Below, piece after piece: positions 10,227-18,263 of a stretch of DNA of 64,000 bases (its first letter is position 1; each line of letters starts with the position of its first letter). A program made the translations under genes and the position numbers. The notes under the pieces were generated by a model, which did not search any database, was not told the origin of the DNA, and saw only the letters and a program-made list of their open reading frames with translations. The stretch is from Candidatus Anstonellaceae archaeon (GTDB lineage: Archaea; Micrarchaeota; Micrarchaeia; Anstonellales; Anstonellaceae): NCBI GenBank assembly GCA_038887295.1, contig JAWAKW010000001.1, positions 11,967 through 75,966 of the forward strand. The letters are read 5' to 3'.

Positions 10227-10889
10227 CTACGCCAAACCTAATGCCTCAGAGGCTCTTCCTACCTCAAAGCCTGTGCTTGCTTCGCCAAATATTGCGCCTT
10301 GTGAATTAGCAATTGCGCACAAGGAAACGAATGTTACGCCTGTATTTAAGGTGCAGTTTTGTCCAGGAACGTGAAGGATGGATTCCAGCTCCTTTATTTG
10401 GTCCTCTGTTGCTCGGTTGTGGGCAAGAAAACCTTTGTTTGTTGCAAGCACTGCGCTTCCTGCCGTAAGGTAGTTTGCAACTTTCATTTGGACTATCTCA
10501 ACCCCAAGACAGTCCTGCACCTTCTGCAGCTCCTCCTTTGTAAGCAGCGGGTTTGCCACCCCGCCAAAATCGTTCACAGCAATATTGTTACCTGCTGCAG
10601 AAAACTGGCTTTTGGCAACTGCAACATTCAGTCCCATCTTTTTGAATATCTCTATTTCTCTTTCAGTTGAGCAAGGTGGCACCACAATGCCGTTTGAGTT
10701 GAATGCTGCAAAAAGCCCAACCATACCCATCCCGCCAAAAGTGCATTTCACGGTTTCCTTTCCAAGAGAGGATATTGCCTGCAGAAGCTTTGGAGAGCAG
10801 CTGACATCAGCAATCACCATTTTTTCTGAAGCTTTTGCAAATATGCCAATGTGCGGATTGCCAAAGTTTGAGGCTTTGGTTATTGGCAT
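10227..10889 (-). CDS. eif6: Translation initiation factor 6 (aIF6)
   Basis: GNPHIGIF, NSNG, AGNNIAVND, ATNKG, ANSQG, STGFE. Confidence 0.95.
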   Translation of the reverse strand: MPITKASNFGNPHIGIFAKASEKMVIADVSCSPKLLQAISSLGKETVKCTFGGMGMVGLFAAFNSNGIVVPPCSTEREIEIFKKMGLNVAVAKSQFSAAGNNIAVNDFGGVANPLLTKEELQKVQDCLGVEIVQMKVANYLTAGSAVLATNKGFLAHNRATEDQIKELESILHVPGQNCTLNTGVTFVSLCAIANSQGAIFGEASTGFEVGRASEALGLA

Positions 10890-10904
10890 GCAAAAACCTT
10901 GCTT

Positions 10905-11324
10905 TTAAGCTGTCTGTGGCTTCTCTTCAGCCGCTTTCTTTTGGGGTGCTTGGCTTTTTTCTTGTGTTACGGCAGCTGCTTCTTCAGCCTTGGCTTCGGG
11001 TTTGGCTTCTTTTTGTTGCTGCACCTTTTGTTGCTCTTTTTTCTTTTCGGCTTCCTTGAGTTTTTCTTCTTCCCCTATTAGCCACACCCAAGCTATATCG
11101 TCCTCGCCTTTTACTATCCGCACCTTTATCTTCCTTGGCGGCTTTTTTATCCCATCCCTGAAAATTAGTTTGTTTGTCCCTTGCGAAATGCGGACCTCCT
11201 TTGCCTTCATGTGGCGGAGGGCAAATGCGCGCACCAAATCTATGGCCCTCTTTGCACGCTTGTTCCTGACTCGAAGGTAAGCGTCTCCAAGTGGTATATT
11301 GTAAATGCGTTCTAGAACTGCCAT
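10905..11324 (-). CDS. rpl31e: 50S ribosomal protein L31e with a K/E/Q/A-rich C-terminal tail
   Basis: ERIYNIPL...KRAKRA...RHMK...GIKKPPRKIKV. Confidence 0.95.
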   Translation of the reverse strand: MAVLERIYNIPLGDAYLRVRNKRAKRAIDLVRAFALRHMKAKEVRISQGTNKLIFRDGIKKPPRKIKVRIVKGEDDIAWVWLIGEEEKLKEAEKKKEQQKVQQQKEAKPEAKAEEAAAVTQEKSQAPQKKAAEEKPQTA

Positions 11325-11335
11325 ATGCAATCACC

Positions 11336-11518
11336 TTAATTTGTCCTCTGCCTCTTTTGCGAGCGCATTTTCAGCTTTTGCGTCCTCCAAGAGCGCCTTT
11401 CAAAATTCTGCACTACCCTGCGGTTTGTCTTCGCTATCACGAAAAGCGGAATGCGCCTATTGCGCTTTATCATTTTGCCAAGAGTTGCTTTGACTTTTGG
11501 GGTTTTTATCCTGCTCAT
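11336..11518 (-). CDS. rpl39e: 50S ribosomal protein L39e
   Basis: NRRIPLFVIAKT..RRSWR..KLK. Confidence 0.95.
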   Translation of the reverse strand: MSRIKTPKVKATLGKMIKRNRRIPLFVIAKTNRRVVQNFERRSWRTQKLKMRSQKRQRTN

Positions 11519-11522
11519 TTAT

Positions 11523-11864
11523 TCACCCGATATAGCTTTGCTGCGGCTCCTTTTCACCCTGCTCGCGCCTTCTTTTGCGCTCATGGGCTTCTCGATACTC
11601 TTGCCACATCTTCTCCGCACTTTTGCAGCGGAGGATTTTGACTACTAAGTTCTTTGGAACCGGCACTGAGATGCCACGCAGTGGACGGTAATCGCAAAGG
11701 ACAATATCGCCTTCCTTGATGTGCTTGGAGATTTTGGGTGCAACTTCCATTGTAAGTATGTTGTCATCCCACATCTGCATTGTTACCTGAACGCTTGAGT
11801 CTGCTGAAATTACCCCTTTTTCAGAGGGAGAAAACACCGCAATAACCTTTCCAGGATGATACAT
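11523..11864 (-). CDS. Hypothetical protein (possible OB-fold) within the ribosomal operon
   Basis: AGGTGG RBS; co-oriented and tightly packed; beta-rich HPGKVIAV...KEGDIVLCDY. Confidence 0.8.
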   Translation of the reverse strand: MYHPGKVIAVFSPSEKGVISADSSVQVTMQMWDDNILTMEVAPKISKHIKEGDIVLCDYRPLRGISVPVPKNLVVKILRCKSAEKMWQEYREAHERKRRREQGEKEPQQSYIG

Positions 11865-11872
11865 AAAACCAC

Positions 11873-12166
11873 CTATTTGGACCTAAATTCAATTTTTGTT
11901 TCCCTTCTTTGCGCCAGCTTTGAAAGCAGGGTAAGAATTTGCTCCTCGGAAATTTTCCCCATGGCGCCACCTGATTGCGCGATGTATGCAATTGAGGCAA
12001 CCACTTTTTCGTAAAGCTCAGGGTTGGAAAGCCGCACGTTCATCATTCTCTCATATGCCTTATCCGAAAGCATCCTTCGCAGCAACTCCTTTTTGCGCAA
12101 ATCTGCCTGAATCTGCTGTAGTCTTCTTTGATATGCGGCTTGGATATCTTCTTCTTCAGCTTCCAT
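11873..12166 (-). CDS. PDCD5-like DNA-binding protein
   Basis: LLRRMLSDKAYERMMNVRLSNPE...KISEEQIL..L...ETKIEF; follows rps19e. Confidence 0.9.
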   Translation of the reverse strand: MEAEEEDIQAAYQRRLQQIQADLRKKELLRRMLSDKAYERMMNVRLSNPELYEKVVASIAYIAQSGGAMGKISEEQILTLLSKLAQRRETKIEFRSK

Positions 12167-12572
12167 CTGCAACCTCTTTTGCAGCGCGGTCAAGCAGCTT
12201 CTTGCCTGCAGCGCTGATTTGCCTACCAACTTTCTTTTTCACCATCAGGCCTGCTGACTCCAATGCTTGAAGGCCCTTCCTGATTATGGCTCCTCCTGCC
12301 TTCCTTTTCTTCTCGGGCTTTACTCCCCTTATCTTACGGCCGCCATAGTGGGTGCGCAAAGAGGAAACCCCTACTGTGCCATGCACGTATGCATTGCGCA
12401 ACATAGAAGCAAGTCGAATATACCAGAAGTCTTTTTGTTGTGGAAGCCTTTGCCGATGCGCACCAGACTTTACCATGCCTATCCAAGGAGGGGCGGGAAT
12501 GTTCATTTGCTTTAGCTTCTCTGCAACTTTTTCAATCAGCTTGTTGGGGGTGACATCATAAACAGTTACCAT
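12156..12572 (-). CDS. rps19e: 30S ribosomal protein S19e
   Basis: TVYDV, PPW..VKSGAH, WYIRLAS, YGGRK, IIRKGLQALE. Confidence 0.97.
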   Translation of the reverse strand: MVTVYDVTPNKLIEKVAEKLKQMNIPAPPWIGMVKSGAHRQRLPQQKDFWYIRLASMLRNAYVHGTVGVSSLRTHYGGRKIRGVKPEKKRKAGGAIIRKGLQALESAGLMVKKKVGRQISAAGKKLLDRAAKEVADGS

Positions 12573-12665
12573 GGAATTTGCACCTCTTAAAAGCCGGCAG
12601 CGGCAAACTGCAGCCTGTTCTTATTTTCCGGCTTCGAGATATGTCATGATACTCCTATATAATAC

Positions 12666-13478
12666 TTACGCTTTGTTTTGTTTCTCGCCTTTTGCGCTTT
12701 GCTCTTTATTGGCTTTTGTTTTTTGCTTTTCTTGCTCCTCTTGCCACTTACTCAATGAAATGGCGGTTAAATACCACCAAGATGGACGCTCTTGGGATTG
12801 GCTTGCTTCTTGCTGTCCGACTGCGCTCATAAAATAAAGTAAAAGGGTAAGCGAATCGGCTATGTCTTTTTTGAACAACTTTTGCTCTATTTCCTTTTTT
12901 TTATTGTCTGGTGCTGTTATATAGTTGTCAATGAACTCTGATGCTGTCTTTTCAATTTCTGCGAAAGGAGCAGTATTCCCCTCTATCCATGCTGTTATCA
13001 GCGTTCTTGCAAAATCTGATCCGCCCACTACCATTGTTCTGACAAGGGAATTACTGGTCAGCCCTATGATAGATTCTTGTCTTTGGTTGAGCTCGAACAT
13101 AAGAAGTGCGGTAAAAAAGATGTGAATGTTTTGATATTCAACATTTTCAAAGATTTGTGACCTTTTAATATTTTGAAAGTAATTCTTAAAGATGGAAAAC
13201 TGTTTTTCTGAAAGAGGAGTGTTAAAAAAATAGATTTGATCTAGATTGAATTGAAGATTAATTTTTTCTGCAAGGTTATTAATGTAGCTGGCGAATGCTT
13301 TCTGAAATTCTTCAAATCTAGTATCACGAACACTGGTATTGCCAATAGCCTGCTGGAAGATGGATGTTATTGTTTGATGAGTTAAATTATTTGAAGTGAG
13401 GTTTCCAAGATCTTGATCCAACTTTTGAAGTGTGTGCCTTGTCATATAATTAGTGAATAGTTGGATGCTGCCATTCAT
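12666..13478 (-). CDS. Hypothetical AT-rich orphan protein
   Basis: 270-aa ORF abutting rnp4; no recognisable motif. Confidence 0.7.
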   Translation of the reverse strand: MNGSIQLFTNYMTRHTLQKLDQDLGNLTSNNLTHQTITSIFQQAIGNTSVRDTRFEEFQKAFASYINNLAEKINLQFNLDQIYFFNTPLSEKQFSIFKNYFQNIKRSQIFENVEYQNIHIFFTALLMFELNQRQESIIGLTSNSLVRTMVVGGSDFARTLITAWIEGNTAPFAEIEKTASEFIDNYITAPDNKKKEIEQKLFKKDIADSLTLLLYFMSAVGQQEASQSQERPSWWYLTAISLSKWQEEQEKQKTKANKEQSAKGEKQNKA

Positions 13479-13479
13479 A

Positions 13480-13800
13480 CTATTTTGATTGTGAGGAGTA
13501 GTATTTAATTCCTGTCGCTTTGCCGCAGTTACAGATGTAATGAACTGATTTTGTACGTTTTTTTAAGCGAATCCTCACGTTCAGGCCAGGCACGAGAGGA
13601 AGGCCGCAGTTTTTGCACATTTTTATTTTTTGGGAAGGCAACATCCTGCAATTGTATCGCAGCGACAGCTTCCGCGCGAGAAAAACGTATCTTCGTGCAT
13701 GCTTTTGGTCATTCATCTTTAGTGCTTCTTGAGCAAGTGAAAGCAGCCTATCTATGCGCTCGTATATTATCTGGCGAAGCGACTGACTGCCTTTTTGCAT
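13480..13800 (-). CDS. rnp4: Ribonuclease P protein component 4 (Rpp21)
   Basis: ERIDRL, ARRYV.LA, CKNC.PLVPG.N.RIR, ICNCG; ATG at 13800 (upstream part of the ORF runs into the tRNA). Confidence 0.92.
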   Translation of the reverse strand: MQKGSQSLRQIIYERIDRLLSLAQEALKMNDQKHARRYVFLARKLSLRYNCRMLPSQKIKMCKNCGLPLVPGLNVRIRLKKRTKSVHYICNCGKATGIKYYSSQSK

Positions 13801-13833
13801 GTAAACATAGCACAGAAAAAAATGATAAAGCAG

Positions 13834-13956
13834 TGGGCCCGACGAGATTCGAACTCGTGACCTACAGCTGTCCAAGACACTTTGCCAGAGCGTGTCATAT
13901 AAGACTTGCGAGGGCGCAATCGCCCCTGCCGCTCTAACCAGCTGAGCTACGGGCCC
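13834..13956 (-). tRNA. tRNA-Ile(UAU) with two introns: 29/30 (13906-13926, 21 nt) and 37/38 (13870-13897, 28 nt)
   Basis: Acceptor GGGCCCG/CGGGCCC-A, D arm GCTC/GAGC, T arm ACGAG-TTCGAAT-CTCGT; removing two BHB-bounded introns gives GCAGT-CT-TAT-AA-GCTGT. Confidence 0.88.
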
Positions 13957-13980
13957 AAAGATTTTGCCGCAACAAAGGAT

Positions 13981-14829
13981 TTAAAGTTGCTTTTTCCCCA
14001 GCCTGCGGTAAATTGCAAGATTGACAAGAAGAAGCAGTGGAAGCCCAAGCAAAACTAGATATGCAGCCGCAAAACCTACCCCAAAAAGGTAAAGCAAATT
14101 GGCTGCAAGGTCGTTCTTTATCAGCATGCTTGCCAAAAATGGAAGAGCCAATGAGATAACTGCAGGGAGAATTAGGATGAGCCCTGCAAAAATGAAGGAA
14201 AGGGCAGCTATTGGATGGGATGTTGATGCAGCAATACTGGTGGTGACTGCGCCGAGTCCTTTTCTTCCTTCAGCAATTGCTGCAAGCAAGAACGAAAGCA
14301 CGAATGACGCAACCAAAATATAAGCTGCTCCGATTCCGGCTGCTGCAAGCAGAATTGGCCCTTCTTTAGAAACGAAAAACCAAACCGCACCAAGCAAGAC
14401 TGCTGGTGGCAAAAACGCTAAAAGGAAAGCGAAAATGATGGCAAAAAGCATGCCATTACCAAGGCGCGTAATTGAAAGGAAGAAGTCTTTCAGGACAATC
14501 GCCTTTCCTGAAAGGATTTGCCAAAAGGAAGCCGCAAGGGAAGCCAGCGCTCCTGAAAGCAGCCAGCAAGCAAGGCCTGCTGAAAGCAGCAGCAAGAATA
14601 TTGGCGCTGCAAGGAAAGCTACAGAAAGCGAAAGCGTCCCTGTTGAAATTGCCGCTAAAAGGCCGAACGAAAGGCTGGTGAAGGCAAACAAATTCAGCAC
14701 AAAAAATACCCCCAGCACAAAAAACACAAGCGCAAACGAAATGGAATGCAAAATGCAGGAAATGAGGTTTTTGGAAAAAGCTGATGCTGCTTCCTTGAGT
14801 GCAACTATCATTTTAAACACCCTTGCCAT
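13981..14829 (-). CDS. Hypothetical polytopic membrane protein
   Basis: 282 aa, about 6 hydrophobic helices. Confidence 0.8.
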   Translation of the reverse strand: MARVFKMIVALKEAASAFSKNLISCILHSISFALVFFVLGVFFVLNLFAFTSLSFGLLAAISTGTLSLSVAFLAAPIFLLLLSAGLACWLLSGALASLAASFWQILSGKAIVLKDFFLSITRLGNGMLFAIIFAFLLAFLPPAVLLGAVWFFVSKEGPILLAAAGIGAAYILVASFVLSFLLAAIAEGRKGLGAVTTSIAASTSHPIAALSFIFAGLILILPAVISLALPFLASMLIKNDLAANLLYLFGVGFAAAYLVLLGLPLLLLVNLAIYRRLGKKQL

Positions 14830-14857
14830 TTAGTTTGCAGGCAAGCAATTTAACCTT

Positions 14858-15733
14858 ATGGATGGTGGCATGGAAGACTTTATCCAAGAATATTTCCTTA
14901 ATCCGATTGCAGACAGAAGCGGTTACAATTTGGTCAATACGCTGACTTATGCAGCAATTGCACTGGCTTTGCTTTACGTGATTTGGAGAGTGTTAAAAAA
15001 GAGGGTAGATTTTTCCTCCTCTGACTTTTTGCTTTCGCTTGCGGCTTTTGTGCTTTTTGGCTCCACCTGCAGGGTAGTTACCGACCTTGCAGACTCAGGT
15101 GCGCTTGCGGAAGCAGCTGCGCAAGGAGGTGTTGCGGGCAGAATTTTCCAGGCTGCCCAAGGAATCTTTTCGTATGGCTATTTGACTGTCACACCCGGAA
15201 TATACGTTGTTACTGCCTTGGTTTTCTTTGCAAGTTTGTGGAGCGCAAGGTTGCTTGGGAACGTGAGGCTTGCTGCCTATTTTGGGGCGGCAATTTGGGC
15301 CGCCTGCCTTCTGCTGGTTTTGCCTTTTGCCAAATATTGGGAATACTTTGCTCTTGCAATTCTTGTAGCTGCAGCCTCCGCAGCTGGTGTCTTTTGGCTT
15401 TTCAAAAGGAAGCTGATGCTTCAGGAAAAGCTTGCAATTGCAGGGCAGGCGCTTGATGGGGCAACCACTTTTGTTGTGATAGATATATTTGCAGAACATA
15501 CAGGTAAGAGATATTTTGAGCAGCATGTTTTGTCTGCAGTAATAGGCACTGCGACTCCTTTTGGGTTCTTGCTTTTTTTGGCTGTCAAGGTTTTGCTTGC
15601 AGCGTTAGTGGTGCATGCTTTGCATAAGGAAGCGATAGACTCAAATGAGAAAGCCTTCGTGCTTGCAGTAGTGGCAGTGATTGGGTTTGCCCCTGGCATC
15701 CGCGACGGGTTGAGGATGCTTGCAGGCACCTAA
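14858..15733 (+). CDS. DUF63 family membrane protein
   Basis: YFLNPI..SGYNLVNTLTYA, VTPGIY, LDGATT, YFEQHV, GFAPGIRDGLR. Confidence 0.88.
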   Translation: MDGGMEDFIQEYFLNPIADRSGYNLVNTLTYAAIALALLYVIWRVLKKRVDFSSSDFLLSLAAFVLFGSTCRVVTDLADSGALAEAAAQGGVAGRIFQAAQGIFSYGYLTVTPGIYVVTALVFFASLWSARLLGNVRLAAYFGAAIWAACLLLVLPFAKYWEYFALAILVAAASAAGVFWLFKRKLMLQEKLAIAGQALDGATTFVVIDIFAEHTGKRYFEQHVLSAVIGTATPFGFLLFLAVKVLLAALVVHALHKEAIDSNEKAFVLAVVAVIGFAPGIRDGLRMLAGT

Positions 15734-16305
15734 AGCCCAAAGCCTTTCCTTATGTATTCCACTGCAAATGCTGCAAGGAGTATACCCATTACACGGGAAA
15801 GTATCTCCAGGCCCTTTTGCCCAACTGCAGACTGCAGCGCCTCTGAGAAATAAAGGATAAGGAAACTTACGCTACATGTTGCAATGAGGGCAAAAACCAC
15901 TGGAAGAAGCCCAACCGAGTTGGAAAGCAGAAGCGAGGTAAGAATTACTCCTGGCCCTGCAAGCATTGGGACCCCAATTACCACCGCCTCAACAGGAGTG
16001 TTTTGCCTTTTGCCAAAATCAATTCCTAGCGCAAAGGAGATTGCAATCAGAAGCATAAGAAGCCCGCCTGCTATCTGAAAGGACTCCAGCCTTATTTGCA
16101 TCAGCTCTAGGATAAATGGGCCGATGAGAATGAATGCAAGAGATACGCAGGCTGCAACCAAAGCAGCAACTGCAGCTGCCTCCTGCCTTTTCTTTTTGGT
16201 GAATTTCCTTGTAAGTGCAATAAATACAGGCACAGAGGAAAATGGGTCCATGATAATGAAAAGTATTATGAAGGAATGCAAAAAATGGCTCAATTCAAGT
16301 TCCAT
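15730..16305 (-). CDS. MarC family membrane protein (second paralog)
   Basis: IMDPF, SFQIAGG, PMLAGPG, RVMGILLAA. Confidence 0.92.
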   Translation of the reverse strand: MELELSHFLHSFIILFIIMDPFSSVPVFIALTRKFTKKKRQEAAAVAALVAACVSLAFILIGPFILELMQIRLESFQIAGGLLMLLIAISFALGIDFGKRQNTPVEAVVIGVPMLAGPGVILTSLLLSNSVGLLPVVFALIATCSVSFLILYFSEALQSAVGQKGLEILSRVMGILLAAFAVEYIRKGFGL

Positions 16306-16356
16306 GCAACCAATTAAGAGTCAGGATTTTTAACTTATTGCCAAAACAAAAAAACA

Positions 16357-16446
16357 GCTCCCATCGTTCAGCCCGGTCAAGGACGCTGGCCTTTCAGCAC
16401 TCCTGGAAGAAAGCCGGTAACACGGGTTCAAATCCCGTTGGGAGCA
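16357..16446 (+). tRNA. tRNA-Glu(UUC) with a 15-nt canonical intron (16397-16411)
   Basis: GCTCCCA/TGGGAGC-A acceptor; CTGGC-CT-TTC-A[GCACTCCTGGAAGAA]A-GCCGG; BHB helix CUUU/GAAG; T arm ACGGG-TTCAAAT-CCCGT. Confidence 0.95.
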
Positions 16447-16559
16447 CTCTTTTTCCTCCTCTTTTTTACTTCCAGAGATTGAAACTATCAAAAGCTCAAT
16501 TGTGTAATTGAAAAAAAGAGTTTGGGCTTTTGAATGAAGAAATACAGTTAAATTTGTAC

Positions 16560-16865
16560 TTATTGGCTGCCTTCTTCCTTAAGCAAATATTTGACAATCA
16601 GAAAGACCACAAATGCAATTATCAGGAAGTCAATCAGCGCCCCAAGGAAGCTTCCAAACAGAAGCCGAATTGGACCTATCTCCAAAACAAATTGGCGCCA
16701 ATCCCCTCCAGTCGCATTCAGAAGCACTCCGATTATTGGCATGATTATGTCGCTTACAAGCGAGCTTACAAGCTTAGAGGCGGCAGTGCCGATTATGAAA
16801 GCCACGGCAAGGCCAATCACCTTGTGCTTATTGAGAAAGGCAAGGAAGTCCTTCATGAAACTCAT
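16560..16865 (-). CDS. mscL: Large-conductance mechanosensitive channel MscL (short form)
   Basis: F.AFL....VIGLAVAFIIG.A..KLVSSLVSDIIMP...FGSFL.ALIDFLIIA. Confidence 0.93.
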   Translation of the reverse strand: MSFMKDFLAFLNKHKVIGLAVAFIIGTAASKLVSSLVSDIIMPIIGVLLNATGGDWRQFVLEIGPIRLLFGSFLGALIDFLIIAFVVFLIVKYLLKEEGSQ

Positions 16866-16878
16866 AAAACCACCCTCA

Positions 16879-18171
16879 TTAGCCTTTTCTACTAAAATAT
16901 TTATGACCTCTGGAAAAAACGCCCCTTTTGGAAGAGCCGGCACTCCCTAAATGTGAATGCTTCATTTTGCCTGCAGTTTTGCTGGAGCCGAAGCTTTGCT
17001 TTGGCTTTCTTGCATACTGCCGTCTTGGAAGGAGTTCCGGCTTGATTTCTACATTTATCTTCTCTATTTTGCTATTGATGATTTTTTCTATTGTGGAAAT
17101 GATGCCTGCCTGGTCTGGGAAGACCAGGCTGATTGCCTCACCATCCTTGCCCATTCTTCCAGTTCTCCCTATTCTGTGAAGGTAAGTGTAGGGGTCGTCT
17201 GTCAAATCATAGTTGAAAACATGGGTAACCCCACTTATATCCAGTCCTCTACTTGCCAAATCCGTAGCAACCAAGATATTGACCTGGCTTTTTCTGAAGG
17301 CATCCATGGAGCGGTTGCGCTTGCTTTGGCTCATGTCGCCATGCAAAGCCATGGAGCGAAACCCCCTTTCCTGAAGTATCTGGTTGAGCTTGTCTGCGCC
17401 TTTTTTTGTGCGCACAAAGACCAGGGCAAGCGGCGGCTTTTTTTGGGAAAGAAGCGTAAGGAATGCATTCAGCTTGTCAAATTTTGAAACCTCTACATAA
17501 TACTGCTTTATGGACTTTACAGATAAGGAATCCTCGCTTACCAATATCTCTTGCGGGAATTTCATATATTTTCTTCCCAATTCCAGTATTTCTTTTGGCA
17601 TGGTTGCGGAAAACAGGAGGGTTTGCCGGTTGGTTGGGGTTGCTTGCAGGATTTTTTCTATATCTTCCCGGAACCCCATATCAAGCATCCTATCTGCCTC
17701 GTCCAAAACCACAATTTTGACTTCGTCCAAAAGCAGAGTTTTCCTTTCCATATGGTCCAAAATCCTCCCAGGAGTCCCGACAACTACATCCGCCCCTTCG
17801 GAAAGGGCTTTGAACTGCTTTTCAATCTCTTGCCCGCCGTAAACTGTCGCCACCCTTACATCGAGGTATTTCCCAAGCTTTTTTATCTCCTCTGCCACTT
17901 GCACTGCAAGCTCTCTGGTGGGGCAAAGCACCAGTGCGCTTGGGCGGTTGGGTTTTGCATATGTGCTTGCTTTTCCTCCAAGCAAGCGCTCCAGTATGCA
18001 TATTCCGAATGCTGCAGTTTTGCCTGTCCCGGTTTTTGCCTGGCCAATCAAATCCTCCCCTTGGATAAGAAGGGGGAGCGCTTGCTGCTGAATCGGGGTG
18101 GGACGGACAAACCCAAGCTCATCTAATGCCTTCAGAATTGCGCCATCTAGACCCATTTTTGAAAATTCCAC
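16879..18171 (-). CDS. DEAD-box RNA helicase
   Basis: PTPIQ, AKTGTGKT, PTRELA, TPGR, DEAD, SAT, SRGLD, HRIGRTGR; probable GTG start at 18171. Confidence 0.96.
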   Translation of the reverse strand: MEFSKMGLDGAILKALDELGFVRPTPIQQQALPLLIQGEDLIGQAKTGTGKTAAFGICILERLLGGKASTYAKPNRPSALVLCPTRELAVQVAEEIKKLGKYLDVRVATVYGGQEIEKQFKALSEGADVVVGTPGRILDHMERKTLLLDEVKIVVLDEADRMLDMGFREDIEKILQATPTNRQTLLFSATMPKEILELGRKYMKFPQEILVSEDSLSVKSIKQYYVEVSKFDKLNAFLTLLSQKKPPLALVFVRTKKGADKLNQILQERGFRSMALHGDMSQSKRNRSMDAFRKSQVNILVATDLASRGLDISGVTHVFNYDLTDDPYTYLHRIGRTGRMGKDGEAISLVFPDQAGIISTIEKIINSKIEKINVEIKPELLPRRQYARKPKQSFGSSKTAGKMKHSHLGSAGSSKRGVFSRGHKYFSRKG

Positions 18172-18263
18172 GAACCTAATAGCAGCGTAATAAATAAAAT
18201 AAAGCATTCCTCTCTCGGAAAGAAAACACATATATAAGCCTTGTTGCAATAGCAATATCCCGT

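Noticed and set aside
13834..13956. Single-intron reading using the CGA/GAT triplet just after GCAGG
   Set aside because: It gives no U33 and a mismatched stem; that segment is the hairpin of intron 1
16447..16559. ncRNA in the gap between tRNA-Glu and mscL
   Set aside because: Only T-runs and a weak CAATT/AATTG repeat, consistent with terminators
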